A stretch of 63,965 nucleotides of DNA, the filler included, from Octopus bimaculoides (lineage: Eukaryota), in NCBI RefSeq assembly GCF_001194135.2. It is 8 parts of 6 records of this genome, joined end to end, with 100 filler letters (N's around TTAATTAATTAA, not from the genome) between each part and the next. Parts side by side here need not be neighbours in the genome. Positions count along the whole stretch, not along the records: positions 37,867 to 57,150 come from NC_068986.1; positions 57,251 to 61,258 come from NC_069008.1; positions 61,359 to 62,790 come from NC_068995.1; positions 62,891 to 63,965 come from NW_026339968.1; 4 more parts are not named here. One strand, given 5' to 3'. This document shows, piece after piece, positions 53,711-63,965 of the stretch. The translations under genes were made by a program, and so were the position numbers. The notes below the pieces were generated by a model. It was not told the DNA's origin. It ran no database searches and saw only the letters and a list, made by a program, of their open reading frames with translations. Positions within the stretch are counted from its first letter, which is position 1, and each line of letters opens with the position of its first letter.

Positions 53711-54945
53711 AGTTATGTTAAATTAACAATGGATCAGAATGAATATTATCAATACACTAATGACAGATGAGTGTGATCATCATCTATATAGACACTAACA
53801 AAGCCTAACCATTTCTCTGAAATCAATAATAGGTGATATGAATATAATCAGTACATAATTGATGATAGACTATGAATATTATTATCATTGTAGTTAACAA
53901 CAGAGCACTGATATTATCAAATTTGATAATGGATGACATGGATATTATCATGTAATGATGGTTGGATCTGGATATTATCATTTCAATCACTATCAAGTGT
54001 TAATAACTAAATGAGGATATTGCTATGAATTAATAATGGATGGCTGAATGTGAAGATTATATTGTGTTAACAATAGGTGAAACTGACATTGCCATTGTAT
54101 TTACTGGATGAGTATAAACATCATAAAGTTATTATAAATTAATTTTGATGCATATAATGCAATTTTGATTCTGATGCACATTTCATAACCAAATAAATAA
54201 AACGAGTCAAATTTATTAATATATTTTGCTCAAAAAATATTTGTTTACCCAGCTTTAATGAAGCTATAAGGGAGCCTCTCTGCAGGCAATCAACTGGCTA
54301 GAATTAGCAATCAAATCTCTGAAATCCTATACTATTATCTTAGATAAAAGATACATAGGATAAGTCTCTAATATGGTCACAAGTGACTGTCTATGATCGT
54401 AGATCTCTTCAATCAAGGCTGGCATAGGATTAAACAAAACAATTAAGTCGTGACTCTCAGTCATCAGAATATCCAATATAAAGGATTTTTAAAGAATAGA
54501 ATAAAATTTATTCAAAAATAGAATAATAATGTTTTAAAATATTTATTTTTTTATTTCAAATAAGAATATATGTTCATTCTTGCTTTAAAATAAGTTTCGA
54601 AATAATGCTATTTTATTTATAAGAATTGTATAGGTCAAATTTAGTCTTTTGCTCATTAGATCAAGGTAATTCACAAACATACAGATGGATGTGAATACAT
54701 CGACACTCTATCTCATGTATCTCCTCTTGAACAAGAGGAAATACATGGTATAGAGAGCCACTGGAGTGGCCATAGGATATGTGATGAAAGAACTTTGACA
54801 AAAAAGCTAAAATAATAATAATAAATCTGAAGTGTGTGTGTTTAATTGGTAAAATATGACTATCCCCAAGTATAAGAATATTTGTTTCGACACGATTTCA
54901 CATCAATAATCTTGTAAAACAAATATATAAACATGTATATATATA

Positions 54946-57150
54946 CAGGCATACTTCACCCTATATCATGAATTGGTTCCAGGAGACACAATTTAAGTCG
55001 AAAAATGACTTAAGTCGAATTAACTTGTCTCTAGGCTAAACTGATAGTAACCATTCCGAGTTCTGTACATTATTTATGAATTCATTTTCAATAGTACATG
55101 GTTAATAAAAACCTATTTTAAGCTTACAAACAAATCATTTTTATTTTTTAATACAGTACAGTAAAAAAAAAAGTAATCTAAATTTATGAATACAATTTGG
55201 CAGTGTTTACCATACATCACAGACGCTTTATCTATGAATGCAGTTTGCAATAAGACATGATAAAATAAAAGCCTTTTTTAAGCTTAAAAAACAAATTCAA
55301 TAATTATTGTTATTTTGGGTTAATGCTGACATTATTACCTGGAAACAAAATTGAAAAAAAATAGTGCAACAGGTATAAAAAAAAAGGTGTAGGAAACGAA
55401 TATGAAAACAAAAATGCCCAGAAATCAACAGGGGGTGAGAAGAGGCCTTCAGAAAATTCACAAAATCCGATGTTTTTCCTTCATAACTTTTAGGAAAATG
55501 GGGTTTTTTTTAATGAAATTTTATATAAATCCTTTCAAACTGTATAGATTACAATTATAAAGAAATTTGTGGAGAAATCTTTTCCGAGAGGGTAGGGAGA
55601 GGACTTCAGAAAATTCACAAGATTCACAAGATCCGAGATTTTCCCTTGTAACTTTGAGGAAAATATAATCCTTTTGAAATCACAAATTAGGCTCTTTCTC
55701 AGGAACTTGGATGCTAAACATCCCTTTGAAGAGTTCGGGACCTTACTTCTACTATATATATATCTGTAATATATGTGACAATTATTCAGTTTCGGATGTC
55801 GGGGCAGAAATCTGCCCTTCTCCTTACAGTACTTCTCTGCTGCTGGGATAAAATTATTGAAGAACCAATCTTCAAAAACAGCAGGAACCCATGCTTTTGA
55901 ATTAGCCATTCATATAGCAGGGAGAGATGCCTTGGGTATGCTTTTTAGGGCACAGGGTTTGTGTGCAAGATGCACAAGCAATGGCTTTAACTTAGAATCT
56001 CCTGCACATTACCTCCCAACATAAGGGACACATGTTCTTTTGAGACCTTATAGCCTGGAATAGTTTTCTCCTCCTTGGAAATGAATGATTGGTCTGGCAA
56101 TTTTTTCCAATACAATCCAGTTTTGTCTACATTAAAACTCTTTTCGAGAAGAAACCTGTTTTCTTTGATGATTTTCTTAAATGTATTAGAAATTCCACTG
56201 CTGCTTGTTTGTCAGCTAATGCATTTTTCACCTTGCTTCTTAATGGAGTGATAACTTCTTCATTCTTTAAATGTCATGAACCATCTTTGAGTTGCTTTGA
56301 ACTCTACATCTTCCTCATCTGGATATTTCTTCTTCAGGTCCTCAAACAAAGATAGTGCCTTCTCTTGAATGATTTCTTGACTAATAGTAGCCTAACAATC
56401 CAAAGAGAAAAGATTTTTCCATTTCTCCAAAGATTTTGCCTCTTTTCTTATTGATGACTGTGTTCTTCATGCCTGGGGCTTCAGAGTTGATATGTGCTAA
56501 AAAAATCTTGTCCTTATTGCGTACAATCATTGATACAGTTGTCTGACTCATCCCAAAAGATTGTGCAATTGCTACCACTTTTTCACCTTTTCATGGCTTT
56601 TTATCATAGCCAGTTTATCTTCCAGAATTTTAGCATGATGCTTAGCACTTTCACTATGAATTTGCTTAGGAGCCATGTGGGCAAAAAATAAAGTAAAAAA
56701 TTAATGAGAATGAGAAAGTAGCCAATAAACAGACGCAAACAAATCTGAATTCAAAATAATTGCAAGAATCACTAGTGACAACAACAACTAACAGTAGATA
56801 TTGAACTACAGTGCAATATGAGCTCTGAAAGACTGATAAATAAGACAACACAGCTGGTTTCATGATTTCATTCACTAAGCTACATTACTTTATGGTGTGT
56901 ATCTTAACATTTACTGTACATATTTTAATATGATTCTATATGCTTTTATTCTTATTTATTGTACAGTAACATGATTTTATGTGCTTTTAACAGTTTTCTA
57001 GTGATTTTACAATTCCAATATTTGTGGCAGACAGACGTAAAGTCAAGTAAAATGGCTTAACTTGATTTTTATTTTTCCATATATTATTTTTGAAAACCGA
57101 CATTTAATCGAGAATGACTTAAATCAAAACGACTTAAGCTGAGGTATGCC
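54946..57150 (-). mobile_element. Tigger/pogo-family DNA transposon with a decayed transposase (ATG 56676 to about 55780)
   Basis: Left end TA|caggcatact; right end ...gaggtatgcc at the gap edge (Tigger-type CAGGCATACCTC TIR). - strand reads MAPK, MVAIAQSFGMSQTTVSMIVRNKDKI (HTH), FNVDKTGLYWKKLP, GDSKLKPLLV, ANSKAWVPAVFEDWF. Confidence 0.9.
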
Positions 57151-57250
57151 NNNNNNNNNNNNNNNNNNNNNNNNNNNNNNNNNNNNNNNNNNNNTTAATT
57201 AATTAANNNNNNNNNNNNNNNNNNNNNNNNNNNNNNNNNNNNNNNNNNNN

Positions 57251-57766
57251 ATTCAAGGCTCCTCCATTGGAATTTCAACATCAACAGGGTACTTTTGTTT
57301 GTTTGTTTGTTTGTGTGTATGTATGTATGTATGTATGTATGTCATTGTTCAGTTTGAATTCAAGATGTCTTACCAATGGAGAAAGAGTCTGTTTCTAACC
57401 TAGATTCAAGGCTCCTCCATTGGAATTTCAACATCAACAGGGTACTTTTGTTTGTTTGTTTGTTTGTGTGTATGTATGTATGTATGTTTGTATTCTCATG
57501 CATATAGTTGTATATCTTGACATTCTTATATATGTTTAAATGACAAACTTCTGGAATTTTTACAGACTTTTACAGTTCCAGTGATGGAATGGATCTGTAG
57601 TCTTAGAATTAGCTTTATCCTTTGTGTTTTTGAGAAAACTAATTTCTCAAGATTGGGATTTAGGCAGTGCATTACATATCCCAGGGCCCCAATAATTACA
57701 GGTATAAACATGAACTTGTAATCTGGGTAGAGTAACTGCAGATTTCTCAGTAGTTCAGCATAGACG
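57251..57766 (-). mobile_element. 5'-truncated R4/Dong-type (REL) retrotransposon end with a duplicated 3' UTR segment
   Basis: DVYAELLRNLQLLYPDYKFMFIPVIIGALGYV...LQIHSITGTVKVCK, typical of the REL C-terminus. An 85-bp UTR segment repeats with a 153-bp period (57251 and 57404). Confidence 0.75.
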
Positions 57767-57874
57767 TCTTGTGTATATATGTGTGTGTGTGTGTGTGTGT
57801 AAACAAGTATGTACTTATGTATATGAATATATAAAAATATATAAAGTTGTATATTTGTGTGTGTATATATATAT

Positions 57875-58420
57875 CATCATCATCGTCGTTTAACGTCCGC
57901 TTTCCATGCTAGCATGGGTTGGATGATTTGACTGAGGACTGGTGAAACCAGATGGCTACACCAGGCTCCAATCTGATTTGGCAGAGTTTCTACAGCTGGA
58001 TGCCCTTCCTAACGCCAACCACTCAGAGAGTGTAGTGGGTGCTTTTTAGGTGCCACCTGCATGAAGGCCAGTCAAGGGGTACTGGCAACGGCAATGCTCA
58101 AAATGGTGTATTTTATGTGCCACCCGCACAAGAGCCAGTCCAGGGGCACTGACAACGATCTCGCTCTAAAGTCCTTACACATGCCGCGGGCACAAGTGCC
58201 AGAAAGGCGACGCTGGGCACAGGTGCCATCACAATTTCGCTTTTACTTGCCCCAATAAGTCTTTGCAAGCTGAGTTTCGTGTCCAATGAGGGAGACGACG
58301 TTGGCATGGGTGCCAGATGTCAAATTTAACTAAATTTCGATTTCACTTGCCTCAACAGGTCTTCGCAAGTGGAGTTTAGTGTGTGTCCAATGAAGGAAGG
58401 AAGGTACGCATAAGTGGACT
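57875..58420 (-). mobile_element. RTE LINE 3' UTR copy
   Basis: (cat)n tail then cgtttaacgtccgctttccatgctagcatggg...gatgcccttcctaacgccaaccactc; matches the end of the 38511 LINE. Confidence 0.88.
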
Positions 58421-58613
58421 GGCTGAGGCCTTATATATATATATATAAATTACGGAGAAATAAACATATGATATGTTTATATGTAAATATATATAAGTTT
58501 ATGTATTATTGTTATAATTATATTATATAATTATAATGATACGAACTACTCCATCAATCGTCCCTTCTAAACACATCTAATACGTATGTACCTATGAGCA
58601 TGTTTGTACACAG

Positions 58614-58711
<98 letters not shown>

Positions 58712-59079
58712 ATATATATGTCTATATGTATGTGTGTATATATATTTGTGCTCCTCATGTATACACAGTTTCATTCTTACATAACTAAAATAATTTTGAT
58801 ATATATTGATTTTATAAATTACAATATTACTCGTCTTATAACTTTCTCATACCTCTGTTTATATTTTATCCAATATGAATAATATAATGCATCTAATAAT
58901 AATAATAATAATAATAATCGATTCATTTGTATGCATATACAGGCATTTATGTATGTACATTTAAGTGTAGGTATATATATATATATATACATACATATAT
59001 ATATATATATGTATTTATGTATATTTATGTATATGTATATATATGTAATATATATACATATACATATTACATACATATG

Positions 59080-59530
59080 TAATATTCTAGATATTATTCG
59101 ATTATAAATTCTCATATACTTAGAGTAGCTTTTTCCAACAGAAAAAATCTTTTGCAAATTATATCTTCTCATAATATCAACCTGTTAAATAAAAGTTCAT
59201 TTACTGAGAGTTCCAATATTAATTTAATTAATACCAACCTTTCCCCTAATGATAATAACAACAACAAAGTTTTGGTCTCTGAAGTCAACCCCAACAGAAT
59301 TAAATTTATGTCTAATAATTCTAAGATTAAGAATTCTATATATCAATGTAAAATTACTCCTGGTACCGATGTCTATTTCTATACTGGAACTTCTTCTTCT
59401 TCCCAATTATCTAAAAGAATTTCCAATCATTATTCTTCATTTAGGGATAGTAGTAAACGCAATAGCACAGGACTTAGTAAATTGATTTGGTATCTTAAAG
59501 ACAACAATAAGGAATTTAATTTTGCATCGA
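59080..59530 (+). mobile_element. Penelope-like element relic (second family, GIY-YIG end)
   Basis: IISSHNINLLNK...KNSIYQCKITPGTDVYFYTGTS...KRISNHYSSFRDSSKRNSTGLSKLIWYLKDNN. Confidence 0.75.
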
Positions 59531-59627
59531 ATATACAAATAAAATTTGAATTATGAGAAAGTCCATGTTTAGAGGAAGTCCAAATTTAGAGGAGGTTCAA
59601 GTTAGAGGAGTTCTACTGTGTGTATAT

Positions 59628-60290
59628 CATCATCATCATCATCATCGTTTAATGTCCGCTTTCATGCTAGCATGGATTGGACGATTTGATTGAGGACTGG
59701 CGAACCAGATGGCAGCACCAGGCTCCAATGTGATCTGGCTGTCTCTACAGCTGGATGCCCTTCCTAATGCCCAACCACTCTGAGTGTGTAGTGGGTGCTT
59801 TTACATGCCATTGGCACGAGGGCCAGTCAAGCGGCACTGGCAACAGCTATGTTCAAGTGGTGCTTTTTATGTTCTACCTGCACAGGAGCCAGTCCAGCAG
59901 CACTGGCAATGACCTCGCTCAGATGTTTTTTCACATGCCACTGGCACAAGTGCCAGTAAGGTGTCACTGCTAACGATCACGTTCGAATAGTGCTTTTTAC
60001 ATGCCACCAGCATGGAAGCCAGTCAACTGCTCTGGCAGCGATCATGCTCAGATGGTATTCTTAGCGCTCCACCGGCACAGGTGCCAGTCATCGATTTTGT
60101 GAATTTGATTTGATTTTGATTTCACTTGCCTCAACAGGTCTTCACAAGCAGAATTTTGTGTCCAATGAAGGAAAGGTACACACAAGTGGGCTGGCTACAC
60201 CTCTAGCTTGCTAGGTCTTCTCACTCACTGCATATTTCCAAAGGCCTCGGTCACTAGTCATTGCCTCGGTGAGGCCTAATGTTCGTAAAA
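59628..60290 (-). mobile_element. 5'-truncated RTE LINE (ORF end plus 3' UTR)
   Basis: The reverse complement ggcctcaccgaggcaatgactagtgacc matches the ORF end at about 39460-39490; tandem UTR units; (cat)n tail. Confidence 0.88.
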
Positions 60291-60652
60291 TTAAATATTG
60301 CAATACAAATGTATTACTTTCCAGTCAAATAAAACACCATAAAGGTAGAAGTATAAATATAGAGTAGTGGTACAACAAGGCACCAATGTTTACTGGAAAT
60401 AGCAGTCGATAAATTTACGACCCTACAGTAAAGCTTCACTGTGTATATACTGGCAAAGACATGTGAGGGTCGGGAACATAAAAAATTCCATCTTACCTCT
60501 AGGAAGAACATTAGATAAATGGACAACCCAGAATCAGATAATCTAGTACCAAGGTTTCAGACTCTTCAAAAATATGTTTGTTATCGTAAATTTGATTAGT
60601 CTTCTTCACCTAGATTTACCTGGACAATACTTCAAATGTATATATATATATG

Positions 60653-60683
<31 letters not shown>

Positions 60684-60885
60684 GTGTGTGTATGTATATG
60701 TGTGTGTGTATGTATGCATCTATATATGTATATGTATGTATGTATATATGTGTGTGTGTGTGTATATATGTGTGTGTGTGTGTGTATGCATCTATATATG
60801 TATATGTGTATACATATATACTATTGTTTTATTCTTTTACTCATTTCGCCATGCGGCTGTGGTCATGCTGGAGCACCACTATATA

Positions 60886-61176
60886 TATATAGCAATAAGA
60901 AAATGGAGGGGAATATGTGGTACTCATCAACTTGCAGACACTGTATTATGTCAATTTACCTGTTTATTATATCAGTAATTAAAAATTAAAAAGCACTTCG
61001 GTCACTAGATGTCCTTTTTAATTTTTAATTACTGATATGACATAATATGTCATATGTGTTTGTATATTGTTTTTATTGTCCTCTTAGTTGAAAAATAAAC
61101 AGGTAAATTGACATAATACAGTGTCTGCAAGTTGATGAGTACCACATATTCCCCTCCATTTTCTTATTTCTATATA
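60886..61176. repeat. Perfect nested inverted repeat
   Basis: 60894-60968 and 61094-61168 are identical inverted 75-mers. 60969-60993 and 61014-61038 are identical inverted 25-mers. There is a 20-nt loop and a 55-nt one-sided insert. Confidence 0.92.
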
Positions 61177-61480
61177 AATTAAGGGAAAAATTTCCTTTTA
61201 ACCAGACCCATTTATTGCACTTGGATAAAACACTAGTGTAATAATAATTGGGTATCCTNNNNNNNNNNNNNNNNNNNNNNNNNNNNNNNNNNNNNNNNNN
61301 NNTTAATTAATTAANNNNNNNNNNNNNNNNNNNNNNNNNNNNNNNNNNNNNNNNNNNNATATACACACACATATATATATATAAATGTACATACATACAT
61401 GTATATATACACATACATACATGCATGTATATGTATATATATGTATATATATATACATACATACATACATGAATATACAT

Positions 61481-61519
<39 letters not shown>

Positions 61520-61528
61520 CATCGATAG

Positions 61529-61563
<35 letters not shown>

Positions 61564-61565
61564 GT

Positions 61566-61627
<62 letters not shown>

Positions 61628-61786
61628 TGTACATGCACTTTATATTCACGCACACACACATCCAGACACGTATACACACACACGCATACATATGCGTATG
61701 CAAACGCCCATCAATATATTAACTTTAATGTATGCCAAAATACTTTCAAGTAGTTCTAACTCTATACACTTTCTATTTTCCTTTAG

Positions 61787-61841
61787 AGCATTGTATGTCA
61801 AAAGGAGATGAAATTCTTCAACAAAAGCAATTCTGAAATAT
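61787..61841 (+). other. Candidate exon (SIVCQKEMKFFNKSNSEI)
   Basis: tttctattttcctttag| acceptor, |gtaagt donor and one open frame. Confidence 0.35.
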
Positions 61842-62728
61842 GTAAGTATAACCTTTATGAAATATATTACAAAATAACAATTTCAATATATACTTACTTA
61901 TTGCTAGACGTGATCAGAGAGATCTGAATATAAGTATACTTATAGTCACTCACACACTCGCAGATAGAGACATATATGCATGTATATTTTATATATATCC
62001 ATATAATATTTTTTCCATATATTCGCGAACATTTATCCACTCGTAAATGGAGACGTCATCCAAATTATCTTGAACACACTTTGTTTATTTTAAGAATTTT
62101 AGTGACTGATGAGTAAATTTTGATAAAATAATTCCTGTGTTTTTGCCATAAAGTTAAAAAGAAAACCCTTAACTCGTCGTCACATTATATAGACGTTGGA
62201 AATTAGAGCTGTGATTAATTTGTAGTTAATTTGTCAGCAGAAAACAATGAATAGAGTGAGTCTTTTAGTTGAAACGTTAAGATGTTCCTCATTCCTTGAA
62301 GTGCTTTTGTATTTCAAGGAAGACATCGAATTGGCTAATCCTTTCGAGCTTGTGTATTTGTTCCGGTCATGTGAGTTCAAATTGCGTACATTACAGATAT
62401 CATTCTTTAGGGATCAATACAATCTAGAACGATATATTGGCAGAAGTATTGAGTATTATCTCAGGTATCTTCCAGTAAATATTCTGTTTTGGCCTTCCTC
62501 CTCTAACTAGAGACCAATTAATGGGGAACAAAGTTTCATGAAAACCCTGTCGATCTTCCAACCGAACCTGCAGAAAGCACGTCTGGAAAGGAAGAGAAAA
62601 CAATACAAGGCAAAGACCAAATAGTTCACTTGAAGGAATTTTTCACATAATTATATATCATCTATTATCTCGAACAAGATGTTTGATGATATATGATTAT
62701 GATAATCAAACACACACACACACACACG

Positions 62729-62790
<62 letters not shown>

Positions 62791-62890
62791 NNNNNNNNNN
62801 NNNNNNNNNNNNNNNNNNNNNNNNNNNNNNNNNNTTAATTAATTAANNNNNNNNNNNNNNNNNNNNNNNNNNNNNNNNNNNNNNNNNNNN

Positions 62891-63080
62891 GAAAAAGAAC
62901 AAGAAGAAAAACAATAACAGAAACAACAAAAACAAACAGAATACCTACAATAATAACAAAGTAGAAGAAAAAGAAGAAGAAGAAGAAGAAGAAGAAGAAG
63001 AAGAAGAAGAAGAAGAAGAAGAAGATGAAGCAAATGCAGAAGTTGAAGAAGAAGAAGAAGAAGAAGAAGAAGAAGAAGAA

Positions 63081-63127
<47 letters not shown>

Positions 63128-63830
63128 AGAAGAAGAAGATGAAGCAAATGCAGAAGAAGAAACAGGAGAAGGAGAAGAAGAAGAAGAAGAAGAAGAAGAA
63201 GAAGAAGAAGAAGAAGAAAACGAACAAGAAGAACAACAATAACAAAAACAACAAAAACAGACAGAATACCTACAATAATAACAAAGAAGAAGAAGAAGAA
63301 GAAGAAGAAGAAGAAGAAGAAGAAGCAAATGCAGAAGTTGAAGAAGAAGTTGAAGAAGAAAAAGAAGACGAAGAAGAAGAAGAAGAAGAAGAAGAAGAAG
63401 AAACAAAAGGAGAAGAAGAAGAAGAAGAAGAAGAAGAAGAAGAAAAATAAGAAGAAGATGAAGCAAATGCAGAAGAAGAAGAAACAGGAGAAGGAGAAGA
63501 AGAAGAAGAAGAAGAAAATGAAGAAGAAGAAGAAGAAGAAGAAGGAGAAGAAGGAGAAGAAGAAGAAGAAGAATAAGAAGGAGAAGATGAAGCAAATACA
63601 GAAGTTGAAGAAGAAGAAGAAGAAGAAGAAGAAACAAAAAGGAGAAGAAGAAGAAGAAGAAGAAGAAGATGAAGCAAATGCAGAAGAAGAAGAAACAGGA
63701 GAAGGAGAAGAAGAAGAAGAAGAAGAAGAAGAAGAAGAAAAAGAAGAAGAAGTAGAAGAAGAAGAAAATGAAGAAGAAGAAGAAGAAGAAGAAGAAGAAG
63801 AAGAAGAAGAAGAAGAAGAAGAGCAGAAAG
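62891..63830. repeat. (GAA)n-based higher-order repeat with recurring spacers
   Basis: GAA runs are separated by the recurring spacers gatgaagcaaatgcagaag, gaaacaggagaaggag and aacaataac...cagaatacctacaataataacaaa. Confidence 0.9.
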
Positions 63831-63965
63831 AATACAAGTTGATGCTCATGATGATGTGGAAGAACAAGAAGGAGAACAACGAATTCGAGACAACAAGAGA
63901 ATGTAACTGAAGTAGGAGGAAGACTGGATAAAGAGGAGGAGGCGACTGAGGAGGAGAATGAGGCA

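Larger units (their letters stand above)
52330..54130. repeat. Old degenerate tandem array (unit about 90-100 bp) interrupted by two SINEs
   Basis: Recurring cactgactgagcc-ggatattgctgtgatatt-aacaatggatgagtatggatattatcagtac motifs; no ORF. Confidence 0.7.

Noticed and set aside
60535-60575. Minus-strand TTGAAGA...GAAAC-CTTG-GTA hammerhead
   Set aside because: The first core base is wrong, and there is no stem II or stem I.
62891-63830. CRISPR-like repeat/spacer pattern
   Set aside because: The repeats are variable-length GAA runs, the spacers recur rather than being unique, the context is eukaryotic and there are no cas genes.

Overview
This is AT-rich eukaryotic, repeat-dominated, mostly non-coding DNA, with many N gaps and seven 100-bp scaffold spacers (44 N + TTAATTAATTAA + 44 N). 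The repeat families resemble octopus/cephalopod ones (species assignment is inference). I found no intact, identifiable gene; almost all listed ORFs are microsatellite or N-gap artefacts. What the sequence supports: (1) about 20 tRNA-derived SINE copies built from interchangeable head, core and tail modules; (2) decayed transposons: a mariner carrying a nested SINE and a solo LTR, a Tigger/pogo element with TIRs, an internally deleted Helitron, a Helentron-like HINE, RTE LINE pieces with a PHD-like finger, two R4/Dong-type REL 3' ends next to microsatellites, and two Penelope-like GIY-YIG remnants; (3) two hammerhead-ribozyme-like folds on + (25456-25540 and 43063-43136); (4) several long fold-back palindromes; (5) a CpG-depleted domain (about 38.5-57 kb), seen by comparing copies of the same SINE; (6) weak candidate + strand exons of an unidentified gene. 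I found no prokaryote-type system (CRISPR, operon). The best leads are the ribozymes, the microsatellite-targeting retroelements, the PHD-bearing RTE and the perfect nested palindrome at 60.9-61.2 kb. All alignments and folds were done by eye.
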